DNA from: an uncultured Clostridium sp.
GTDB taxonomy: Bacteria > Bacillota > Clostridia > Clostridiales > Clostridiaceae
Direction of reading: 5' to 3'
Length of the DNA stretch: 64,000 bases
Assembly: GCF_934754915.1 (NCBI RefSeq)
Contig: NZ_CAKVKB010000003.1
Location: 2,281-66,280, forward strand
Both the position numbers and the translations under genes were made by a program. Under the pieces are notes generated by a model. That model searched no databases. It was not told the DNA's origin and worked only from the letters and a program-made list of their open reading frames with translations. Of the stretch, positions 40,005 through 48,879 are shown one piece after another. The number at the start of each line of letters is the position of its first letter. Position 1 is the first letter of the stretch.

Positions 40005-40793
40005 ATGCTTACAATAGGAGAATTCTCGAAAATATGTAAAGTGACAACAAGGACACTACGCCATTATGATAACATAGATCTAATAAAACCAATAAAAATC
40101 AATGAAGAAAATAATTATAGATATTATGATATAAGCCAGATAAGGACTATGATTCTTATCTCTAAACTGAAAAAATATAATTTTTCTTTAGAAGAAATAA
40201 AGCAAGTTATTTTAGAAAATGATAGAAAATTTATAATTGATATGATGAATCTAAAGAAAGCAGAGATTCATAAAACAATACAGGATTTTGAAAGGTTAGA
40301 GAAAGATATGAATAATGACTTAATTAATTTAGAGAAAGGATTTGATATTATGTCATTTATGGATAAAATTGAAGTGAAAATAGTAAATGCAGAAGATATG
40401 AACATTATTTCAACCCGTCAGATTATGAGTACTGAAGAGTATGGAAAATATATAGGTAAACTTTTTGAAAGAGTAGCAAAGGAAAAACTTACAGTTATAG
40501 GTCCGCCAATGTCTATTTATTATGGAGAGGAGTTTAATCATGATGCAAATGATACTGAAATAGCAGTTCCTATAAAAGAAAGAATATCAAATTCAAAAAT
40601 ATTTAAAGGCAGAAAATGTGCAATGGCAGTTATAAAAGGTGAATATGATAAACTTTCAGAAGGATATGCAAAGATTATTGAATGGATATCAGAAAATAAT
40701 TATGAAATATCTGGTGAATTTTATGAAAAATATATAAGTGGTCCGATTGATTCAGATGATATTATTACACAAATATACGTTCCTGTAAATTAA
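40005..40793 (+). CDS. MerR family transcriptional regulator with GyrI-like effector-binding domain
   Basis: The N-terminal HTH is LTIGEFSKICKVTTRTLRHYD, and the C-terminal roughly 150 aa are GyrI-like. Start is ATG 40005, 10 nt after GGAGGG. Confidence 0.85.
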   Translation: MLTIGEFSKICKVTTRTLRHYDNIDLIKPIKINEENNYRYYDISQIRTMILISKLKKYNFSLEEIKQVILENDRKFIIDMMNLKKAEIHKTIQDFERLEKDMNNDLINLEKGFDIMSFMDKIEVKIVNAEDMNIISTRQIMSTEEYGKYIGKLFERVAKEKLTVIGPPMSIYYGEEFNHDANDTEIAVPIKERISNSKIFKGRKCAMAVIKGEYDKLSEGYAKIIEWISENNYEISGEFYEKYISGPIDSDDIITQIYVPVN

Positions 40794-40800
40794 AAAAAAT

Positions 40801-40864
40801 ATATATAACAACATAATAAGTAAAGATTTTATCTTTCATTGTTAATTGAATTATACTTGTATAA
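40801..40864 (-). repeat. intergenic repeat copy H (short, one module, truncated centre)
   Basis: The minus strand reads ...ATAATTCAATTAACAATGAAAGATAAAATCTTTACTTATTATGTTGTTATATAT. It starts 8 nt after the merR-family stop. Confidence 0.65.
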
Positions 40865-40935
40865 AATATTATGATTGAATATCCTTAGAGTGTTTTATAA
40901 ATTTTTAATTTGTAATTACTGTTTTATGAAAATAG

Positions 40936-40978
40936 AGCTGTTACATGAGAAAATAAGTCCAATTTCCATGTAACAGCT
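40936..40978. terminator. bidirectional terminator between convergent genes
   Basis: AGCTGTTACATG-19 nt-CATGTAACAGCT (12-bp perfect stem). Confidence 0.75.
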
Positions 40979-41003
40979 TAATTTGTATTTTAAATAAATT
41001 ATT

Positions 41004-41627
41004 TTATAAATTTTCTTGTTTTTTTAAAAGATTTGAAAAATAACCTCTTGGAATGTATCCTTTTTTCAATCCTTCTATAACTGTAAGATATGTGGCTGCA
41101 GTATCAAATCTTGCATCATGATAGTTTCCGCTTCCTTCAAAAAGTTTTTCAGAAGTTTCTGCAATCTGTTTTTCAGATATATTGAGCCAATCAATGACTT
41201 CAGAAAGTTTAGGATTTTTTATTTCACCATTTGGTTTTGGAATTTTGCAGATATTTTTATAATATGCCATTGTACAGAATGTATTTTTGGGTTCAAATAA
41301 TTCGCCCAAAGTAAGAAGCTCATGTTTTAAAAATCTTATATCAAAATTTACATTGTGTCCTATAATAAAGTCGGCTTCTTTAAAATCATTTATAAAGTCA
41401 AAAGCTAAGTCTTCAAAGTATTGACCTTCAGATAATTCATAAAGTTTCTCTAATGAAAAACCATGAACTTCCTGAGCAGATGGATCCATTTCATCAACTG
41501 TGAAGAAGAAATTTTTTCCGGTTGTTACCTGAGGTTTTACATTTGCATCTACAGTGATATAACTCAGCTGACATATACTTCCTGGTTTGATACTTGTTGT
41601 TTCAGTATCAAAAAATAATAATTTCAT
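41004..41627 (-). CDS. DnaQ-like (DEDDh) 3'-5' exonuclease, stand-alone
   Basis: The Exo I FFDTETT, Exo II HNVNFDIRFL and Exo III HDARFD motifs are present. Start is the ATG at 41627 after GGAGGG. The track's 23 extra N-terminal residues fall inside repeat copy I. Confidence 0.8.
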   Translation of the reverse strand: MKLLFFDTETTSIKPGSICQLSYITVDANVKPQVTTGKNFFFTVDEMDPSAQEVHGFSLEKLYELSEGQYFEDLAFDFINDFKEADFIIGHNVNFDIRFLKHELLTLGELFEPKNTFCTMAYYKNICKIPKPNGEIKNPKLSEVIDWLNISEKQIAETSEKLFEGSGNYHDARFDTAATYLTVIEGLKKGYIPRGYFSNLLKKQENL

Positions 41628-41648
41628 TACAGTTTTCCCTCCGTTTTG

Positions 41649-41770
41649 TATATATGTTGCAAGATTAAAATTACATTTTAAATTTATCTGATACATGTAA
41701 AATATAAAAGAAATCTTGAAAAGATTTCATATTTCATTGTCAATTATCATTGTTAATTGCAATATATATG
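41649..41770 (-). repeat. intergenic repeat copy I (two-module form), directly upstream of the exonuclease RBS
   Basis: The minus strand reads CATATATATTGCAATTAACAATGATAATTGACAATGAAATATGAAATCTTTTCAAGATTTCTTTTATATTTTACATG...TTTTAATCTTGCAACATATATA. Confidence 0.85.
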
Positions 41771-41967
41771 AATAATATAATTATTAACTTGTTAAATTTA
41801 ATTATATAGTATTTACGTCAAAATTCAAATGAGATATAATTAAGAAGAATAATTATTATTAAACAATAATAATTTAAATATAAAAAATTACCAAAAATAT
41901 TATCTAATAATATTTTGTTTATAGGAAAAACTAATAGCATTAATAATCATATAAAGGAGGAAAATTT

Positions 41968-42921
41968 ATGTTGGAAAGAAAGCGTAAGGTATCAATAATA
42001 GGAGCTGGATTTGTTGGAGCAACTACAGCGTATGCTTTAATGAACAGTGGAGTGGCAACAGAAATATGTATTTGTGATATTAATATGGACAAAGCAATGG
42101 GTGAAGTAATGGATTTAGTTCATGGTACATCATTTGTAAAACCAGTTAATATATATGCAGGAGATATAAGTGAAACCAAAGATTCAGATGTTATAATAAT
42201 AACAGCGGGAGCAGCACAAAAAGAGGGTGAAACAAGACTTGATCTTATAGAAAAGAATTATAAAATATTTAAGGGATTTATTCCACAAATAGCAGCAGCA
42301 AGTCCAGATGCAATTTTATTGGTAGTATCAAATCCTTGCGATGTTTTAGCATATATAACTTATAAATTATCAGGATTTCCTAAAGAGAGGGTTATTGCTT
42401 CAGGAACAGTATTGGATACATCAAGATTAAAATATGTAATAGGCAAGTATTTGAATGTAAATAATAACAATGTTCATGCTTATGTATTAGGTGAACATGG
42501 TGATAGTGAAGTTGTAAGTTGGAGTACTGGAAGTATTGCAGGAGAGACATTTGAAAACTATACTAAAAAATTCAATCTTGAATGGGATGAAGAAATAAAA
42601 GATGTAATTGCAAAAGATGTAGTAAGTGCTGCTTATGAAATTATAAATAGAAAAGGTGCTACTTATTTTGCAATAGGTCTTGCAGCAACAAGAATAGTTG
42701 AAGCTATATTAAGAGATGAAAATACTATTTTAACAGTTTCGACTCTTATGGAAGGACAATATGGAATTGATGATGTGTATTTGGCAGTTCCAACGGTTCT
42801 TAATAGTACAGGAGCAGTAAGAATTGTAAATCCCGTTATAAGTGATGAAAGAGAACTGAAAAAATTACAGGACTCTGCAAGGGTATTAAAAGAAAATATT
42901 CAGAAAGTGATTAATGAATAA
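41968..42921 (+). CDS. ldh: L-lactate dehydrogenase
   Basis: It has the Rossmann motif GAGFVGAT, the substrate loop and the catalytic-His region GEHGDSE. Confidence 0.92.
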   Translation: MLERKRKVSIIGAGFVGATTAYALMNSGVATEICICDINMDKAMGEVMDLVHGTSFVKPVNIYAGDISETKDSDVIIITAGAAQKEGETRLDLIEKNYKIFKGFIPQIAAASPDAILLVVSNPCDVLAYITYKLSGFPKERVIASGTVLDTSRLKYVIGKYLNVNNNNVHAYVLGEHGDSEVVSWSTGSIAGETFENYTKKFNLEWDEEIKDVIAKDVVSAAYEIINRKGATYFAIGLAATRIVEAILRDENTILTVSTLMEGQYGIDDVYLAVPTVLNSTGAVRIVNPVISDERELKKLQDSARVLKENIQKVINE

Positions 42922-43214
42922 TAATTTTTTTTAAAATAAGTAAATAATTTTACTTATAAATTGACAAAAAGAATAAATTTTTATAAAATTATTAATTAGA
43001 AAAGCTGACTATAGATCAAGATTGTAATAATCAGTCTTGGTCTATTTTTATATATTTTACTGCTTATTAAATCTACATATTAATTTAGTTTTGTATGCAT
43101 GCAACAGAAAAAATGATATTAAATTAAAAATGTGGATGAAAGCATAATTTATATAGAGTATTATTACAATTTTGTAATTAAGCTTGTTTATAAAAATTAA
43201 GGGGGCAGAACAGT

Positions 43215-44228
43215 ATGAATATTGATGGATTAATAATTCCAGAAGGTTATAAGAGTAAATATTCATTAATTGAAACTGAAATTCATATCAAGAAGATTAA
43301 AGATTTCTTTGAAAAGGCTTTGGCAGAAAATCTTAATTTAACAAGGGTTTCAGCACCATTATTTGTAGAACCAGATACAGGTATAAATGATAACTTAAAT
43401 GGAGTGGAAAGACCTGTTAGTTTTGATTTGTTAGAATCTAAGAAGGAAGTGCAGATAGTGCATTCCTTAGCTAAATGGAAGAGATACAGTCTTCATAGAT
43501 ATGGATTTAAAGTTGGTGAAGGATTATACACTGACATGAATGCAATAAGAAGAGATGAAGAATTGGACAACCTTCATTCTATTTATGTAGATCAATGGGA
43601 TTGGGAAAAAATCATTGAAAAGAAGGATAGAAATGTAGAAACTTTAAAAAATACAGTAAGAAAAATATATTCTACTTTTAAATCATTAGAATCATTTGCT
43701 TGCAGTGAACTTATTAATGAAAAGGAATTTCTTCCTGAAGAAATATCATTTATTACAACACAAGAACTTGAAGATAAATATCCAGATAAAACTCCTAAAG
43801 AGAGAGAAGATATTATTGCAAAAGAAAAAGGTGCAGTATTTATAATGCAGATTGGTGGAGCATTGAAGTCAGGCAAGAAACATGATGGACGTTCTCCAGA
43901 CTATGATGACTGGACTTTAAATGGCGATATAATATTCTACTATCCACTTTTAGAAAGAGCGTTTGAAGTTTCTTCTATGGGAATAAGAGTAGATGAGGAA
44001 GCACTTGATAAGCAGCTTGCTATTGCAGGATGTGATGACAGAAGGGAACTTCCATTTCATAAAATGCTTTTGAATGGAGAACTTCCATATACAATTGGTG
44101 GCGGAATAGGACAGTCAAGAATATGTATGTATTTCTTAAGAAAAGCTCATATAGGGGAAGTTCAAGCTTCAATATGGGATGATAAGAATTTAAATATATG
44201 TAAAGAAAACGGAATAACACTTCTTTAA
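43215..44228 (+). CDS. asnA: aspartate--ammonia ligase (asparagine synthetase A)
   Basis: The AsnA-type class II synthetase-like sequence is recognisable ([35 protein letters not shown]). Confidence 0.88.
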   Translation: MNIDGLIIPEGYKSKYSLIETEIHIKKIKDFFEKALAENLNLTRVSAPLFVEPDTGINDNLNGVERPVSFDLLESKKEVQIVHSLAKWKRYSLHRYGFKVGEGLYTDMNAIRRDEELDNLHSIYVDQWDWEKIIEKKDRNVETLKNTVRKIYSTFKSLESFACSELINEKEFLPEEISFITTQELEDKYPDKTPKEREDIIAKEKGAVFIMQIGGALKSGKKHDGRSPDYDDWTLNGDIIFYYPLLERAFEVSSMGIRVDEEALDKQLAIAGCDDRRELPFHKMLLNGELPYTIGGGIGQSRICMYFLRKAHIGEVQASIWDDKNLNICKENGITLL

Positions 44229-44247
44229 AAACTTATGGATAAAAATG

Positions 44248-44285
44248 GCAACTTACAAAAAATTATTTGTAAGTTGCTGTTTGTT
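44248..44285. terminator. bidirectional terminator between asnA and birA
   Basis: GCAACTTACAAA-aaatta-TTTGTAAGTTGC (12-bp perfect stem). Confidence 0.8.
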
Positions 44286-44352
44286 AATTTTGATAATATA
44301 TATTTCAGTTTAAAGGAAAGTTAAAACTTAAAAGATTGATTATTTTTAGTGA

Positions 44353-45318
44353 TTAAAATTTAAAGCTTATTTCACCAGATAAGACAGTTTTTTCTTTTCC
44401 GTTTGCATCTTTGACTATAAGATTACCTTTATCGGAAAGTGATATGCATGTAACTAATTCTTCTTTATTATAAGTTATAAGTCTTGCTTGTTTACCCCAT
44501 ATGATTGAATTATTTCTACAAATTTCAATGGTTTCTTTCATGTCTAAATTATTTAAAAATTTATTGTACTGCTCTTCGAAATTATTTAAAAATCGTGCAA
44601 GAATTTCATTCCTATCAAAATCCTTTTTATATTCATTTTTTAAAGAAGTCGCACTTTTCTGCACTTCTTCATCTAAAGTATTTATATCGATATTTATATT
44701 CATACCGATTCCTATAATAAGAAAATTTATTGAATCCATATCACAGTTCATTTCACCTAGAATTCCACACAATTTTTTACCATTAAGATGGATATCATTT
44801 GGCCATTTTATCTTTGCATCAATATTCAGTTCTTTTAATGCTTTAAATATGGATGCAGCTGCTATCTGAGTTATTTTAGGAGCCTCGGAAGTAGGAATGT
44901 TAGGCCTTAGAACTAAAGTAAACCATATTCCTCCAGCAGGTGAATTCCAGGCTCTTTTAAATCTTCCGTTTCCGCTTATTTGTTCTTCAGCAACTATTAT
45001 TGTTCCATCAGGACAATTGTCTTTGGCAGCTTCTTTTGCTCTTATGTTTGTTGAATCTGTAGAATCAAAATGAATTAGGTTTCTTCCGATTCTTTCTGTT
45101 TTTAGATTTATGTAAAGATCCTGTTTGTTTATTTTATCAGGAGAAGATATTAATTTATAACCTTTATTAGATATTCCCTCGATATTATATCCTTTATTTT
45201 TTAAATTCTTAATATGTTTCCATATAGCAGTTCTTGAAACATTCAATTTTGCACTTAAATTTTCTCCTGAAATATACTCAGATGAACTTTTAAGTATATC
45301 TAAAATTTTTTCTTCCAT
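44353..45318 (-). CDS. birA: bifunctional biotin--[acetyl-CoA-carboxylase] ligase / biotin operon repressor
   Basis: It has the N-terminal wHTH (ISGENLSAKLNVSRTAIWKHIKNLK) and the ligase motif GNGRFKRAWNSPAGG. Confidence 0.9.
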   Translation of the reverse strand: MEEKILDILKSSSEYISGENLSAKLNVSRTAIWKHIKNLKNKGYNIEGISNKGYKLISSPDKINKQDLYINLKTERIGRNLIHFDSTDSTNIRAKEAAKDNCPDGTIIVAEEQISGNGRFKRAWNSPAGGIWFTLVLRPNIPTSEAPKITQIAAASIFKALKELNIDAKIKWPNDIHLNGKKLCGILGEMNCDMDSINFLIIGIGMNINIDINTLDEEVQKSATSLKNEYKKDFDRNEILARFLNNFEEQYNKFLNNLDMKETIEICRNNSIIWGKQARLITYNKEELVTCISLSDKGNLIVKDANGKEKTVLSGEISFKF

Positions 45319-45488
45319 AAATAAGCACCTCCTTATGAAATTATATCATAATGTTAAAAAAAATACTCTATACATAAGATTGAAATGCTGATGTCATTGT
45401 AATTTAAAAATAAATAATATATAATAAGTTTTGGTATATTTTAAAACTCTAAGTGATAGAGTAGGCTTTTTAGAGAGGATATTATTTT

Positions 45489-46538
45489 ATGAATAAAAAT
45501 ATAGGAAATAAAAAAGTAAAAAATAACAGGCCTAAACCCAAATCTAAAAAAGGGAAAAAGAAAGCAAAAAAGATTTCTTATAAGACTCTTATACTATTTT
45601 TCTTATTTGAATTCATTTTTACAGCTTGTACATTTCCGTTTTTGCTGTTATACGGGCCGTTTGAAAATGCAAAGAGTACATATGTAGGTGCTGCTATGAC
45701 TTCTATGACTCACCAGTATCTTGCAACCTGGTTTTTATCTGATGAAAAGATAAATGAAATTTTAGGTAATAACTCTACAGAAGAAACAGATGAAACTACT
45801 AATACATCAGAAATAAACATACCAAAAGTAAAAGATGATACAATTGAATTCTATGAAATAGCTGATAATCCTAAATTTACAGGATACTATCTTATAGTAA
45901 AAGATCCAACAAGAGTTAAAGTGGGATATACTTCTAAATTGAATGAAGAAGGACAGACAACATCACAGATAGCTGAAAATTATGATGCAGTTGCAGCCAT
46001 TAATGGTGGTGCATTTGTTGACCAGTCATCAACATCACAATGGACAGGAAATGGAGGAATTCCATCAGGAATAGTAATGACTGGCGGAGAAGTAATACAT
46101 AATGATCTTGCAGAGGGTGATAAGACAGAACTTCTTGCAATTGATAAAAAGGGTGTAATGATGGTAGGAAAATATTCTGTGGCCGAATTGCAGGAAAAAG
46201 GAATACAAGAAGCATTAAGTTTTGGTCCTACATTAGTTGTTAATGGAAAAATGACTCCTATGAGTGGAGATGGAGGCTGGGGAATAGCTCCAAGAACTGC
46301 TATAGGACAGAGACAGGATGGTGCTATAATCATGCTTGTTATTGATGGAAGAGGCATAGGAAGTATTGGAGCAACTTTAAAAGAAACTCAGGAAATAATG
46401 TATCAATTAGGTGCTGTTAATGCAATGAATCTTGATGGTGGTAAATCTGCTACATTATACTATTATGGAGAAGTGAGAAATACACCTTCAAACAGTATGG
46501 GCGAAAGAGCAATACCAACAGCAATTATTGTTAAATAA
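45489..46538 (+). CDS. phosphodiester glycosidase family protein (NAGPA-like), membrane-anchored
   Basis: It has a very basic N-terminus plus a TM segment, and the motifs AINGGAF, GPTLVVNG, PRTAIGQ and NLDGGKS. Confidence 0.7.
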   Translation: MNKNIGNKKVKNNRPKPKSKKGKKKAKKISYKTLILFFLFEFIFTACTFPFLLLYGPFENAKSTYVGAAMTSMTHQYLATWFLSDEKINEILGNNSTEETDETTNTSEINIPKVKDDTIEFYEIADNPKFTGYYLIVKDPTRVKVGYTSKLNEEGQTTSQIAENYDAVAAINGGAFVDQSSTSQWTGNGGIPSGIVMTGGEVIHNDLAEGDKTELLAIDKKGVMMVGKYSVAELQEKGIQEALSFGPTLVVNGKMTPMSGDGGWGIAPRTAIGQRQDGAIIMLVIDGRGIGSIGATLKETQEIMYQLGAVNAMNLDGGKSATLYYYGEVRNTPSNSMGERAIPTAIIVK

Positions 46539-46560
46539 ACTTAAGGAGAGAGTACATATT

Positions 46561-47607
46561 ATGAAGTTGTATAAGAAAATAATTGCCTGGGCAATATTAT
46601 CAATAATATTGCAGATCAGTGGATTATTTGTTTTAGAAAATTTTGTGTTCAAACATTCATCGGAGTTTAAAGGAAATAAAATGGATGTAGAAAAGCAAAA
46701 TACAAAAGATATTACTGCAACAATTCCTGGTTCGGCACAAGAGGTAAATGTATCATATAATGGAAAGTATCTTACTTATTGTGAAAATAACACTTTATAC
46801 ATAGAAGAAAGTAAGACAGGAACCAAAAACGAAGTAAAGACTGAAGACAATGGAGATATTTTATACCATAAATGGCTTTCAGACAGAGACAGACTTATAA
46901 TTGCAGAGAAAGTCGTTAAAGATGGAAATCCAGTAATTCAGCTTATTACATATAGTCCTAAAGATTCATCTATAAATTATGTCACTGATATCTGTGATTA
47001 TGCAGAAGATATGGAAGTGAAAAAAATAACAGAGTCTACATTTACAAGTGTTTATTATGTTGACATATATAAAGGCGGTCTTAAAAGCATTGTTTATAGA
47101 GTAGATATAAATAATGATAAGAGTAAAGTTTCACTTCAAGCCAGTGTATTAGGAAATATGCAGGTAATACCTCATGTTGACAGACTTGTTTATGAAGATG
47201 AGATAAATAATAAATTCTATGTTACAAGTCCTAATAAACAGTTGAATTTTAATTCTAACAAAAATCTTACTCTTTTAGGAATCGATAAAAATGATGTTAT
47301 TTATATTGGTGAACTTAATGGAGAAAAAATAGCAAGTATAATATATGGCAAAATTGATGATGAAACATCATCATGGAAGACAGTAAGTCTTGAAGCGGTA
47401 GTTAATAGAAACGATATATATTTTAATAATGAAAGCCAGATTCTTATCAATGATAATCTTAAAGGAGCTGTAAAAAATCTTTCAACAGGAAATGAAGTGG
47501 AATATGAAGGAAAGCTTATTCAGATAAAAGAAGATTTTATAGCAACTACAGATAATAATGGAAAACTTGTATATACTTCATTAAAAACAGATAAAGATAA
47601 AAAATAA
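46561..47607 (+). CDS. hypothetical membrane-anchored protein
   Basis: Start is ATG 46561 after AAGGAGAGAG. It has one N-terminal TM segment and is probably co-transcribed with the upstream gene. No recognisable motif. Confidence 0.5.
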   Translation: MKLYKKIIAWAILSIILQISGLFVLENFVFKHSSEFKGNKMDVEKQNTKDITATIPGSAQEVNVSYNGKYLTYCENNTLYIEESKTGTKNEVKTEDNGDILYHKWLSDRDRLIIAEKVVKDGNPVIQLITYSPKDSSINYVTDICDYAEDMEVKKITESTFTSVYYVDIYKGGLKSIVYRVDINNDKSKVSLQASVLGNMQVIPHVDRLVYEDEINNKFYVTSPNKQLNFNSNKNLTLLGIDKNDVIYIGELNGEKIASIIYGKIDDETSSWKTVSLEAVVNRNDIYFNNESQILINDNLKGAVKNLSTGNEVEYEGKLIQIKEDFIATTDNNGKLVYTSLKTDKDKK

Positions 47608-47628
47608 TATTAATAAAAATTATTTTTG

Positions 47629-47667
47629 AGATAAATACATAGCTAATATGTATTTATCTATTTTTTA
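47629..47667 (+). terminator. Rho-independent terminator
   Basis: AGATAAATACAT-agctaat-ATGTATTTATCT followed by ATTTTTT. Confidence 0.8.
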
Positions 47668-47668
47668 T

Positions 47669-47779
47669 AATATATACTGCAATGTACAATTGGTAATTTA
47701 TAATGAAGAATGAATTTGTAGTAAGTTTTTTGACATTTTTATATATAGTCAGATAAATTTTAATATTGTAATATATATA
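47669..47779 (+). repeat. intergenic repeat copy J (D/J subfamily, degenerate)
   Basis: AATATATACTGCAATGTACAATTGGTAATTTATAATGAAGAATGAATTTGTAGTAAGTTTTTTGACATTTTTATATATAGTCAGATAAATTTTAATATTGTAATATATATA. Confidence 0.6.
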
Positions 47780-47851
47780 AATTAATATTTTTTAAATAAA
47801 TATTATGTGATAACATAGAAGTACAATGTTTTTATATTCAAGGAGGAAATA

Positions 47852-48481
47852 ATGAATTTTTTATTGAGTAAAATATTGATGATCCCAGCAATTCTTGTTG
47901 CTTTTACATTTCACGAATATGGTCATGCAGTAGTAGCAGATAAATTAGGAGATAATACAGCAAGATTTCAAGGAAGACTTACTTTAAATCCATTAAAGCA
48001 TATAGATCCCTTTGGATTTTTATGTATATTGTTTTTAGGAATAGGATTTGCAAAACCTGTTCAAGCTAATTCATATGCTTTTAAAGATTACTATAAAGAT
48101 GATTTGAAGGTGAGTCTGGCAGGGCCAGCTGCTAATCTTATAGTGGCAGTAGTAGGAGCTATAGTACTAGCGTTATATACTAGATTTTTATATGGATTTA
48201 TTCCTGGAAAACTAGGATATATTTTTTATTATATGCTTTTATATATAGTAAATATAAATACTAGTCTTGGAATATTCAATCTTCTTCCTATACCAAGTTT
48301 TGATGGATTTAGTCTTGTAAGGGATATAAAACCGGGAAGATTTAGAGAGTTTGAAGATATGTGTTACAGGTATCAAGGATTGCTGATAATGGCTGCATTA
48401 TTTTTTGGATGGAGAGTAATTTCACCTATAGCATCTATATTTATAAATTTTATAATGAAATTTGCATATTCAATAATATAA
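47852..48481 (+). CDS. site-2 protease (M50) family zinc metalloprotease
   Basis: It has HEYGHAVVA (HExxH) in a TM segment and the second motif NLLPIPSFDG. Confidence 0.8.
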   Translation: MNFLLSKILMIPAILVAFTFHEYGHAVVADKLGDNTARFQGRLTLNPLKHIDPFGFLCILFLGIGFAKPVQANSYAFKDYYKDDLKVSLAGPAANLIVAVVGAIVLALYTRFLYGFIPGKLGYIFYYMLLYIVNINTSLGIFNLLPIPSFDGFSLVRDIKPGRFREFEDMCYRYQGLLIMAALFFGWRVISPIASIFINFIMKFAYSII

Positions 48482-48488
48482 ATATTTA

Positions 48489-48778
48489 TTGACAATAATT
48501 TTTTCAATTTGTATAATTAATAAAGGTTAATTTTATTATGAAATATTCTATGAAGAGGATAGTACTTTAATTGATGCCTAAAGCGAGTCAGGACAGAGTG
48601 TAAGCCTGATAGGATAAATTGCAAGGAAACAGAACCTCAGAGAAATCGCCTGAAATGAGTAGGGATGGTCGCAGTTAAAGCTGCGTTAAAATTAGAGTGG
48701 CATATTATAATATATAATATGCAATTAGAGTGGTACCGCGAATAAATCGTCTCTTTTTGTTAAAGAGGCGGTTTTTTT
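48489..48778 (+). promoter_or_regulatory. consensus promoter plus T-box leader (Arg specifier) of argS
   Basis: The promoter is TTGACA-17-TATAAT (48489..48517). The T-box sequence AATTAGAGTGGTACCGCG lies at 48723..48740. The terminator CGTCTCTTT-loop-AAAGAGGCG plus T7 lies at 48748..48778. The candidate specifier AGA at 48631..48633 is followed by A and a CCTC that can pair with GAGG at 48555..48558. Confidence 0.85.
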
Positions 48779-48879
48779 AAATATAAAATATTATTGTTTA
48801 AATTTATATATTACGTATGTATAATTTTAAAATAATGATTGAAATTCAATGATTAAATTTATATAAAATGGAGGTAATT

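Noticed and set aside
41628-41696. The 23-codon N-terminal extension of the exonuclease ORF.
   Set aside because: It is a translation of repeat copy I. A GGAGGG RBS precedes the internal ATG at 41627, where the conserved Exo I motif begins almost immediately.
41757-41800. Rex-box-like words (TTGTTAA / TTAACAA) in the repeat modules and upstream of ldh.
   Set aside because: Only half-sites or direct repeats are present. I could not find the inverted TTGTTAA-N4-TTAACAA arrangement upstream of ldh or pflB.
43057-43266. A 69-aa minus-strand ORF upstream of and overlapping the asnA start.
   Set aside because: It has no RBS, is AT-rich low-complexity, and overlaps the asnA RBS and start.
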